Of a DNA stretch of 63,570 bases, positions 27,313-35,077 are shown piece after piece. The DNA is from a virus. Taxonomy: Duplodnaviria; Caudoviricetes. Below the pieces are notes generated by a model. The model made no database searches, had not been told where the DNA came from, and saw only the letters and a program-made list of their open reading frames with translations. The first letter of the stretch is position 1, and the number at the start of each line of letters is the position of its first letter. Position numbers and translations under genes: made by a program. Location of the stretch: positions 1-63,570 of IMG/VR virus record IMGVR_UViG_3300025423_000018. One strand, 5' to 3'.

Positions 27313-27487
27313 TTACCCCGAGGATGAAGGTAGGTTGGAAGACGCAATGCGTGCAACTGAGTACAAGGAAGCGTTACAACGTGTGGAGAAACGTATACAA
27401 GAACACTTTGACCATGACGACAGTCCTGAGTTCACCATAGCAAGTATCAACACAATAGTAAAGCTAGCATTGAAGGGGCACTTATGA
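27284..27487 (+). CDS. Hypothetical protein
   Basis: 67 aa; GGAGG RBS. Confidence 0.65.
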   Translation: MKMQATLSFNYPEDEGRLEDAMRATEYKEALQRVEKRIQEHFDHDDSPEFTIASINTIVKLALKGHL

Positions 27488-27575
27488 GAACGTTTTGGCT
27501 ATTCTTAATTTGGCTTGAGTTGTGCATCGTCAACTGGAATCTCAAGGACATCGTTCACGTACTGGAGAAAACGAC

Positions 27576-27845
27576 ATGACTGAACAAGAAATGATTGGGA
27601 TTACCAATCAAGCTAGCAAAGAATGGCTTAAAGAATTTCCAACGCCGCAAGAAACGGCGCACCCAGTGCCTAAACGCTTTTTGGAAATCTTTGCCAAACT
27701 AATAGCAGAAAAAGAACGTGAGGCGTGTGCTGAAATTTGTGATGGTTTTTACTTATCATGGATAGACATACAAGGTAGATATGAATTCATGGGTGAGGGA
27801 GCAAGCGAATGTGCTGGTGCAATCCGAGCAAGGGGACAAGAATGA
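27576..27845 (+). CDS. Hypothetical protein (paralog of 32693..32908)
   Basis: FAKLIAEKEREACAEIC...AIRARGQE; GGAG RBS. Confidence 0.7.
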   Translation: MTEQEMIGITNQASKEWLKEFPTPQETAHPVPKRFLEIFAKLIAEKEREACAEICDGFYLSWIDIQGRYEFMGEGASECAGAIRARGQE

Positions 27846-28084
27846 CTAACGAAGAAATCATAGCCAAAATTATGGCTAACCAATGGTGGCCGTTCGACCG
27901 AGTGGATCCCAAGATACTTGAGGAGATACAACGTAGGGATAAGCAGAAAACCGTCGCTGAGATGGAGGAAGCACCGCTATGACTGAACTTGGATTTTTTG
28001 TAGTTATGTTTGCGTTTGTATGCGCAATGATGAACGCAGGTTTGGTGATGTTTTTAATATGGATGATTTACAGGAGCATGAACA

Positions 28085-28276
28085 ATGATTGAATTTACAC
28101 TTACGGAGATAGTCCTATTGGCATGGGCGGGCATTGCCACAGGCATGGCACTGCATTATTGGGAGGAAGATAGGGGTCACAGAAGATTTGTGACTACCTT
28201 GATTGAGAACAAGGGGTTGCGAGAAGAGTTTTATAGCAAGATTGATAAACACATTGAGGAGCACAAAGAATGTTAA
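28085..28276 (+). CDS. Small membrane protein
   Basis: N-terminal TM; AGGAG RBS. Confidence 0.6.
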   Translation: MIEFTLTEIVLLAWAGIATGMALHYWEEDRGHRRFVTTLIENKGLREEFYSKIDKHIEEHKEC

Positions 28277-28533
28277 ATAGTATAAAACAACTGATAAGTG
28301 CAAGTAAATCACAAGAAGTTTTACATGCAAGAAACCCCAACGAATTACGCACAGATACCAACGTGAAGTTTGGTGTAATCCAAGCGTTGAATGGCAAGAT
28401 CATTGAGATCAGTACGTACAAACCCAACCACAATGGGCCTGACTGGACACACCAATGCTATATCGTAAAAGACGAAGAGACGCTAGCAGAAGCTATGGCG
28501 ACTGTGATTACGATGAAAGGGCTAGAGCAATGA
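28270..28533 (+). CDS. Hypothetical protein
   Basis: 87 aa, translationally coupled. Confidence 0.65.
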   Translation: MLNSIKQLISASKSQEVLHARNPNELRTDTNVKFGVIQALNGKIIEISTYKPNHNGPDWTHQCYIVKDEETLAEAMATVITMKGLEQ

Positions 28534-28775
28534 AGAAATGGGATGGATTCGACGAAGCGATTCTTGGGCCAGCAAGCGTTTGGAATGGCAATACTAGAGT
28601 AGAGGTATTGGTTTACGATGGCGATGCTATGCGAGATATTTTGATGAAGCGTGACTCCATGAGCATGGAAGATGCACGTGAGTTTATTGAATACAATCTT
28701 GAGGGCGCCTACATCGGTGAGGATACGCCTGTTATCGTATGGACAAATGATTTATATTGGGAGGAGGAAGAATGA
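28530..28775 (+). CDS. Hypothetical acidic protein
   Basis: DGFDEAILG, VYD, EDAREFIEYN.EGAYIGE.TP. Confidence 0.7.
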   Translation: MKKWDGFDEAILGPASVWNGNTRVEVLVYDGDAMRDILMKRDSMSMEDAREFIEYNLEGAYIGEDTPVIVWTNDLYWEEEE

Positions 28776-28987
28776 TATTCGACCGTATCGACGAGTTGAA
28801 GACTGGAATAGAAAAGAAAAAGCATGGGCGGGGTCTTGGTAAGAAACCTGCGCTTGTGCACTTGAGCTTGCGCTTGCCGAAAGATGTGATGGATTTTTTT
28901 GATTCACGCTATCCGTATGCAAAGCAAGCCAAGATACGAGAAATTCTTACTGATTATGTAAACAAGGAACTAACCAATGAAAAGTAG
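28772..28987 (+). CDS. Ribbon-helix-helix (BrnA-antitoxin-like) DNA-binding protein
   Basis: GRG.GKKP, LSLRLPKDVMDFF, QAKIREIL. Confidence 0.6.
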   Translation: MIFDRIDELKTGIEKKKHGRGLGKKPALVHLSLRLPKDVMDFFDSRYPYAKQAKIREILTDYVNKELTNEK

Positions 28988-29480
28988 AGCACAAATCGTA
29001 CGTGAGTACATAAACGCAAACCCCGAAGCTACAACTGCGGAAGTAGCCAAGAAGTGCAAAGTCACGACTCAGTACGTGTATCAAGTCAAGTCTGACGAGA
29101 AGAAAAGACTAGCGAAAAAGCGAGTGAAGATCACTGCAACCCAAGCTGAAGTGGCTAAGAGAATGGGTGTACCTCTTTCGGTATACGCAAATAATTTATT
29201 ACCCAACGGAAAATTAAAAACAAGAATGCAAGCGTCATTCGATAGAGAACCGCCTACCATTACGATGGAAGAGCCAAAGGCCGACCCAGTCAATCACCCA
29301 CCGCATTACAAGACTGGCGGTATTGAGACTATCGACTTTATTGAAGCGAAAGAGTTAGGCTATCACTTGGGCAACGTTATCAAGTACGTTACTAGAGCCA
29401 AGCACAAGGGCAATGAACTTGAAGATCTTAAGAAAGCACAATGGTATCTCGAACGTGCTATTATGAAGCTACATATTTGA
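28977..29480 (+). CDS. HTH + DUF3310 (T7 gp1.7/SaV-like) protein
   Basis: N-terminal NPEATTAEVAKKC HTH; DPVNHPPHY..GGIETIDFI, GNVIKYV.RA.HKG, EDLKKAQWYL. Confidence 0.85.
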   Translation: MKSRAQIVREYINANPEATTAEVAKKCKVTTQYVYQVKSDEKKRLAKKRVKITATQAEVAKRMGVPLSVYANNLLPNGKLKTRMQASFDREPPTITMEEPKADPVNHPPHYKTGGIETIDFIEAKELGYHLGNVIKYVTRAKHKGNELEDLKKAQWYLERAIMKLHI

Positions 29481-29620
29481 AGCGGGTTGCTTAAATCACG
29501 TGTAAGGAAACCTTGCAGATGCGAACTTATACGTGCTACGTACGTCCCCGCTTTAAAGATTTTTGACGTATGTAGACCTTTCCAACCATGAGGGGGGCGT
29601 GGAATCTGCATAACCCCCCA
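29480..29620 (+). ncRNA. Candidate doubly pseudoknotted structured RNA
   Basis: Five non-overlapping helices of 6-11 bp (see findings); wobble pairs are G-U on the + strand. Confidence 0.6.
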
Positions 29621-29663
29621 ACCACCCCTAACAATGTTAGGGTAAATATTTTATATAATACTA

Positions 29664-29691
29664 TTGACAAAGTCTAATGTACCACTATACT
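29664..29691 (+). promoter_or_regulatory. Promoter of replication module (probably leaderless transcript)
   Basis: TTGACA-16-TATACT; ATG 7 nt downstream with no RBS. Confidence 0.7.
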
Positions 29692-29698
29692 ACGGTAC

Positions 29699-30007
29699 AT
29701 GGCACAAACCCCCGAAGCAAAAGTTAAAAAGCAAATCAAGGCCACCCTTGAAAAGCATGGTGTGTATTACGCTATGCCTATCGGCACAGGCTTTGGTAAT
29801 TCAGGCGTACCCGATTTTCTTTGTTGCGTGAACGGCAAGTTCTTGGCGATTGAAGCCAAGGCAGGGAACAATCAACCGACTGCGTTACAAATAAAACACC
29901 TCAACGATATTACTAGAGCAGGGGGACAGTCACTTGTTGCCAACGAGAACAGTTTGTTTGTGTTAGAAACTGTAATTGAAAACTTAAAAGGAACTAATCA
30001 TGAGTGA
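29699..30007 (+). CDS. VRR-NUC / Holliday junction resolvase-like nuclease
   Basis: TPE..V, GVPD, FLAIEAK, PT.LQ. Confidence 0.88.
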   Translation: MAQTPEAKVKKQIKATLEKHGVYYAMPIGTGFGNSGVPDFLCCVNGKFLAIEAKAGNNQPTALQIKHLNDITRAGGQSLVANENSLFVLETVIENLKGTNHE

Positions 30008-30296
30008 AATATCTGCAGGAGTACAGGCATTGGTAAGTAGGATGGGGACGCACCCCGAAGAATTCTTTGACCCCAAAGAGAATAGCGAGTGGGCTTTCAT
30101 TTACAAAGAAACATTTAGAGACGTGATGACTGAGCCTGAGAAAGCCGCCATTCACACTGCGCTTAAGGCAGTACGCAGAAAAGAGTTTGAGTCCAAAGTA
30201 TTAAAACAAATTCTCCGTGCGGACGTACAAGATAGCGTACCACCCAACGCTTCCCTAGCATACAAAATGCTGACAACGGAGGGATCATGGAAGTAA
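30000..30296 (+). CDS. Hypothetical protein (paralog of 30287..30763)
   Basis: EISAGVQALVSRMGTHPEEF. Confidence 0.7.
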   Translation: MSEISAGVQALVSRMGTHPEEFFDPKENSEWAFIYKETFRDVMTEPEKAAIHTALKAVRRKEFESKVLKQILRADVQDSVPPNASLAYKMLTTEGSWK

Positions 30297-30763
30297 TTTC
30301 CCCAATGGTGACGATGCTCGCCGAGCGTATGCGCACGAATCCCGAAGACTTTGTTTCTATCGATAATAAAAATTTGGTTGGTAGTACTCCCCCTAAGTTT
30401 TATGAGATCTCGCAGTTGCTCGCTGACATGATTGCTGACCCTAATGCAAAATACTATTGGTTTCTTAACGACACCGAAAGGGGAATGCTGATGGATGCGT
30501 ATCGTGATCTGTGCCGAAAGCGTTTTGAAGACAGGTGTTTGGAAAAATTACTTGGGGATAAACAAGAACATGAAGGCCCCGCCAGTGTGAAATACAAAGC
30601 GCAAGGTAGGTATGGACAAGCACAAGTTACAGGTCAAGGGCAACCAGTGAGTTACTGGAATGACCCAAGAATACACCTCAATGGTACGCAAATTGAGTAC
30701 TGCGCAAAATACGGTATTGACCCCGAATCATATGCAAAACTAATGGCAACAACACATATATGA
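30287..30763 (+). CDS. Hypothetical protein with scaffold-like C-terminal motif
   Basis: VISPMVTMLAERMRTNPEDF; C-terminal LNGTQIEYCAKYGIDPESYAK. Confidence 0.7.
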   Translation: MEVISPMVTMLAERMRTNPEDFVSIDNKNLVGSTPPKFYEISQLLADMIADPNAKYYWFLNDTERGMLMDAYRDLCRKRFEDRCLEKLLGDKQEHEGPASVKYKAQGRYGQAQVTGQGQPVSYWNDPRIHLNGTQIEYCAKYGIDPESYAKLMATTHI

Positions 30764-32574
30764 GCATAATTACAATTGACTTTGAAACTTTTTACTCTAG
30801 AGAGTTCAGTCTTACCAAGATGACAACCGAGGAGTACGTAAGAAGCGAGCAGTTCGAGGTGATCGGCGTGGCGGTGCAAGTGGATGATGGTGAGCCCAAG
30901 TGGTTCACCGGAAACATGAGCCTGACCAAACTGTTTCTCGATAGCTTTGAGATGCACAAACACATGGTGCTCGCCCACAATGCTCAATTCGATGGCGCCA
31001 TATTGACTTGGCTATTCGATATTAAGCCTAAGAAGTGGTTGGATACGCTGAGCATGGCACGGGCGATTCATGGTACTGAGGTAGGCGGTAGCTTGAAGAA
31101 GCTGGCTGAGTATTACGACGTAGGGATCAAGGGCGAAGAAGTGGTCAATGCACTGGGTTTGCGCCGAGAGGATTTCCCCTCCGACCAACTGGCACGCTAC
31201 GGAGAATACTGTCGAAACGACGTGGCGCTAACTTATGCAATCTTCAACTTGATGATGCAGGACTTCCCAACGTTTGAGCTAAGCCTGATTGATCAGACCT
31301 TGCGTATGTTCACCGAGCCAGTATTGGTATTGTCCACAGACCACTTGCACTGGCATTTACTTAGAGTTCGCCAACACAAAGAAGAGCTATTGCAAAACTT
31401 TGATAAAGATACCTTGATGAGCAATCCCAAGTTTGCCGAGTTGCTTAAATCATTTCGTGTTAAACCCCCAATGAAGACTAGCCCCGCCACAGGTAAGCAG
31501 ACGTTTGCGTTTTCTAAAACCGATGAGGAATTCAAGGCATTGCTTGAACACGAGATTCCACAGGTGCAAGCTCTAGTGGCAGCGAGACTAGGCACTAAGT
31601 CTACGCTAGAAGAAACAAGAACCGCTCGGTTTCTGGAAATGTCAAAGCGTGGTGCTATGCCAGTTCCCCTAAGATACTACGCCGCTCACACAGGACGGTG
31701 GGGTGGTGATGACAAAGTTAACCTCCAAAATTTGCCACGTCAATCGCCCATCAAGAATGCAATCTTAGCACCCGAGGGTTTTTTGCTGATTGACTCAGAC
31801 AGTTCACAGATTGAAGCAAGAACTTTAGCATGGCTAGCCGAACAAAACGATTTAGTGGAGGCATTTGAAAATGGACAGGACGTATACAAGATCATGGCAT
31901 CTGCTATCTATGCTAAAGGAGAAGCAGAAATCACAAAAGACGAGAGGTTCGTTGGTAAGACAACGATTCTCGGTGCGGGGTACGGCATGGGGGCGACTAA
32001 GTTTAAAGCGCAACTTAAAACGTTTGGAGTGGAGATCGAGGAGGAGGAATCAAAAAGAATTATTACGACGTATCGAGAAACGTACCCGTCTATTGTTGAA
32101 TTATGGAGACAAGGGGCAATAGCCCTCAAAGCCATCATGAATGACCAAACCAGTCAACTGGGGAGAACAGGGGTTTTGATGGTTGAGGGTAAAAAAGGAA
32201 TCAAACTTCCCAACGGGTTGTACTTGAAGTATCCCAATCTACGTGTGGTTAGCAACGGCGATAAATCTGAACTCGTGTACGATACCAAAAAAGGAAAAGC
32301 CACAATCCCTACCCGTATCTATGGAGGTAAAGTCATTGAAAATGTTTGTCAGGCATTGGCTAGAATCATTATCGGTGAGCAGATGCTGATGATCGCTAAG
32401 AAGTATAAAGTAGTCATGACAGTGCATGATGCGATTGCTTGTATCGTCCCGGAGCAGGAAGTTGAGACTGCTAAAGAATATGTTGAATTGTGTATGCGTA
32501 TACGCCCACAGTGGGCCCCCGACTTACCATTAAATTGCGAATCGGGTTTTGGTAAAAGTTATGGAGATTGCTGA
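30760..32574 (+). CDS. polA: DNA polymerase, family A (3'-5' exonuclease + polymerase)
   Basis: ExoI DFET, ExoII HNAQFD, ExoIII YCRND; TGRW, NLQNLP, motif A DSSQIEAR, motif B RFVGKTTILGAGYG, motif C VHD. Confidence 0.95.
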   Translation: MSIITIDFETFYSREFSLTKMTTEEYVRSEQFEVIGVAVQVDDGEPKWFTGNMSLTKLFLDSFEMHKHMVLAHNAQFDGAILTWLFDIKPKKWLDTLSMARAIHGTEVGGSLKKLAEYYDVGIKGEEVVNALGLRREDFPSDQLARYGEYCRNDVALTYAIFNLMMQDFPTFELSLIDQTLRMFTEPVLVLSTDHLHWHLLRVRQHKEELLQNFDKDTLMSNPKFAELLKSFRVKPPMKTSPATGKQTFAFSKTDEEFKALLEHEIPQVQALVAARLGTKSTLEETRTARFLEMSKRGAMPVPLRYYAAHTGRWGGDDKVNLQNLPRQSPIKNAILAPEGFLLIDSDSSQIEARTLAWLAEQNDLVEAFENGQDVYKIMASAIYAKGEAEITKDERFVGKTTILGAGYGMGATKFKAQLKTFGVEIEEEESKRIITTYRETYPSIVELWRQGAIALKAIMNDQTSQLGRTGVLMVEGKKGIKLPNGLYLKYPNLRVVSNGDKSELVYDTKKGKATIPTRIYGGKVIENVCQALARIIIGEQMLMIAKKYKVVMTVHDAIACIVPEQEVETAKEYVELCMRIRPQWAPDLPLNCESGFGKSYGDC

Positions 32575-32692
32575 TGCGTGTACTGTGGAAGTACATCAAT
32601 AAACGCACAAGGGACGTACATTTTTCATGGAAAAGATGGAGCCGAGGCGATGCTTATGGCTTTTGGGAATTTAGATTACCTCCGGAGGAATA

Positions 32693-32908
32693 ATGACTGA
32701 TGATATTGTAGAGATGGCTAAACAAGCAGGTTTTGAAAGGCTTGGTGTATATGCTCAATTTGGCAATGATTGGGTGGGTTTTACTAAAGACCTTGAGACT
32801 TTTGCCAAACTAGTAGCAGAAAAAGAACGTAGGGCATGTGCAAGGATATGTGCTGAAGTTGGCATGTGGGATTTAGTACATGAAATTGAAGGAAGGGGAC
32901 AAGAATGA
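32693..32908 (+). CDS. Hypothetical protein (paralog of 27576..27845)
   Basis: FAKLVAEKERRACARIC...GRGQE; GGAGG RBS. Confidence 0.7.
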   Translation: MTDDIVEMAKQAGFERLGVYAQFGNDWVGFTKDLETFAKLVAEKERRACARICAEVGMWDLVHEIEGRGQE

Positions 32909-33306
32909 CTAAAGATGAAGCATTACGCCTTGCATTAGAGGCGTTGGAAATAAATTTAGTTTTTCTGAGAAAAGTAAAACCGTTCAAAGGGCAAGAAGAT
33001 TTGGCATCCGATTGTGTGGCTATGACAGAAGAAACCATCACCGCCATTAAAGCCGCACTAGAAGCAAAAGATGAGCCTGTTGCGTGGGGCATGAAAAAAA
33101 ACGGCGTTATTATTGATGTAATCTGCCCTGATGAACATGATCTTGAAGAAGGTAGCTATACAGTACCTCTTTACACCACACCACAACGCACATGGGTAGG
33201 ATTGACAAAAATGGAACTTGTAAAGTGTGGAGTTTTTCCTTGGGGGAATTCGTATCAACTTTATCAAGCAATTGAATCCAAGCTGAAGGAAAAAAATCAT
33301 GGCTAA
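32905..33306 (+). CDS. Hypothetical modular phage protein
   Basis: EALRLALEALE, EPVAW, PLYTTPQRTWVGLT, AIESKLKEKN. Confidence 0.7.
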   Translation: MTKDEALRLALEALEINLVFLRKVKPFKGQEDLASDCVAMTEETITAIKAALEAKDEPVAWGMKKNGVIIDVICPDEHDLEEGSYTVPLYTTPQRTWVGLTKMELVKCGVFPWGNSYQLYQAIESKLKEKNHG

Positions 33307-33976
33307 TATCATATGGTCATTCAGTAGCCTTAAGACATTTCAACAGTGTCCTAAAAAGTATTACCACTTAAAGGTAGCCAAGGATGTTAAAGATACAACA
33401 GGTGAAGCGGCGCTGTACGGTACAGAGATGCACCTAGCGGCAGAGGAGTATATCCGTGACGGTAAAGACTTACCGCCAAAGTTTGAGTATCTGCGTTCTT
33501 CTTTAGATAGATTAAATGCAATTGAGGGAGAAAAATATTGCGAAGTAGAGCTTGGTTTGACGAAGAACTTAGAAGAGTGCACGTTCGATGCTCCGAATGT
33601 GTGGTGGCATGGGGTGGCCGACCTAGTGATTATCAATCGGAAGTCGGGGACGTGCTATTCGATAGATTACAAGACCAGCAAGAATGCGAGATATGCGGAC
33701 GTGACGCAACTAGATCTCGTCGCTTGTGGGCTATTCGCAAAATTTCCGGAAGTGAAGAGGATAAAGTCGGCGCTTATGTTTGTAGTGAGCAAGGAGTTTA
33801 TTAAGGCTGAGCACGTAGCAGAAACAAAACAAAAGTACATAGACAAAGTACTGCCCCACATCGAAAGACTAGAGGGGGCGTTTGAGAGCGGAGTATGGAA
33901 CGCCAAACAAGGCGCACTGTGCGGGTGGTGTCCAGTCACCCATTGTGAACATTATGTAAACAGGAGTAGAAAATGA
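33299..33976 (+). CDS. Cas4-like PD-(D/E)xK exonuclease
   Basis: SFSSL..F.QCP, GT.MH, G.ADL, IDYKT, QL; C-terminal CGWCPVTHC completes a 4-Cys cluster. Confidence 0.88.
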   Translation: MANIIWSFSSLKTFQQCPKKYYHLKVAKDVKDTTGEAALYGTEMHLAAEEYIRDGKDLPPKFEYLRSSLDRLNAIEGEKYCEVELGLTKNLEECTFDAPNVWWHGVADLVIINRKSGTCYSIDYKTSKNARYADVTQLDLVACGLFAKFPEVKRIKSALMFVVSKEFIKAEHVAETKQKYIDKVLPHIERLEGAFESGVWNAKQGALCGWCPVTHCEHYVNRSRK

Positions 33977-34254
33977 CAAAGAAAAAACTAACCAATGAAG
34001 ATGAACAAGCGGCGTTAGCTTATTTAAAACTGCAAGAGGATGCAAGGAAATTGATTCGAGATGTTATTTTTGATTTACTATTGGTCAAAGATGACCCTGC
34101 ATCTGAGATCGTTCACAGTGTGCTTATTGACATCATTCGGACTGCAATTGAGGACAAAATAGATGTGAGTAGTAACGATGTCAATCCCATAAAACTTCCG
34201 CAACATAAACTTCAAGATGCAATCCTTAAATTAGCATTTCCATACAGGAGTTAA
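33973..34254 (+). CDS. Hypothetical protein, tandem paralog 1
   Basis: EQAALAYLKLQEDARKLIRDVI. Confidence 0.7.
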   Translation: MTKKKLTNEDEQAALAYLKLQEDARKLIRDVIFDLLLVKDDPASEIVHSVLIDIIRTAIEDKIDVSSNDVNPIKLPQHKLQDAILKLAFPYRS

Positions 34255-34255
34255 C

Positions 34256-34453
34256 ATGACTGGAGAACAACAAGCGGAGGCTTATTTAAAACTGCACGAG
34301 GACGTGAAACAACTGATAATTGACACCATATATAAAGAATTACAAAACTATGGTAGCCCTTTACATAGCCACATTACCACTGCAGTGCTTGGCAATTATT
34401 CAACAGACCAAAAAATTAAAGACGTTGTCAAGAAACAAATGGAGAAATTTTAA
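34256..34453 (+). CDS. Hypothetical protein, tandem paralog 2
   Basis: EQQAEAYLKLHEDVKQLIIDTI. Confidence 0.7.
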   Translation: MTGEQQAEAYLKLHEDVKQLIIDTIYKELQNYGSPLHSHITTAVLGNYSTDQKIKDVVKKQMEKF

Positions 34454-34824
34454 TGACTGAAGAAGAACAACAAGCAACACTAGCGTACATCAAACTGCAA
34501 GACGATGTAAAGGGAATGATCGTAGACGTAGTAACCAAAGAGCTAACAGGCAAAGATAGTAGACTTAATGGTTTCATCAAAGGTTTAATTGAGCGTACCG
34601 TGGTCAATGTAATTGGCAAAACAATCCATGAAGAACTTGACAAGTACAAACAGGAAATGATAATGGAGATCTGCATAGCAGTAGGCAGAACAATCCAAGT
34701 TGCTGATAAACAAGGCCGTGCTCCTTTATGGGAAACCGACCCCGCAGAATTTGGATTGGGTGAAGCGGATTTAAATAGCCACATGATCGAAGGAAGTCAA
34801 AATGCCATACGTAAACAAACCTAG
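34453..34824 (+). CDS. Hypothetical protein, tandem paralog 3
   Basis: EQQATLAYIKLQDDVKGMIVDVV. Confidence 0.7.
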   Translation: MTEEEQQATLAYIKLQDDVKGMIVDVVTKELTGKDSRLNGFIKGLIERTVVNVIGKTIHEELDKYKQEMIMEICIAVGRTIQVADKQGRAPLWETDPAEFGLGEADLNSHMIEGSQNAIRKQT

Positions 34825-35077
34825 ACCGTACAAAAAAGAATATCAGCAACAGAAAGCCCGTGGTGAACACGAAGACCGCATGGAGCGTCAGCGTGCTCGC
34901 AATGAGATGGATAAGAAGGGTATTGACCGCAAAGGTAAAGACATCGACCACACCATCCCTTTATCCAAAGGTGGCACAAATGCTCCGTCGAACTTGAAAC
35001 TCAAAAGCCCAAGTGCCAACCGATCTTTCAGTAGAAACAGTGATCACACGGTCAAAAAGAACAAACCCAAGAAATGA
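34802..35077 (+). CDS. Small HNH endonuclease
   Basis: KDIDH..PLSKGGTN..SNL..S.SANR. Confidence 0.85.
   Translation: MPYVNKPRPYKKEYQQQKARGEHEDRMERQRARNEMDKKGIDRKGKDIDHTIPLSKGGTNAPSNLKLKSPSANRSFSRNSDHTVKKNKPKK

Larger units (their letters stand above)
19952..29639. repeat. Dispersed palindrome (C)TAACAWTGTTAG, 11 perfect cores
   Basis: Cores start at 19952, 20587, 20786, 21379, 22657, 23375, 23767, 24734, 25049, 27099, 29629. Confidence 0.92.

Noticed and set aside
29480-29620. Possible tRNA or simple terminator
   Set aside because: No cloverleaf or T-loop consensus and no U tract after the last hairpin; kept as an unassigned structured RNA
33299-33976. Cas4-like gene as evidence of CRISPR-Cas
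   Set aside because: Solo phage exonuclease in the replication module; no cas1/cas2 or array seen
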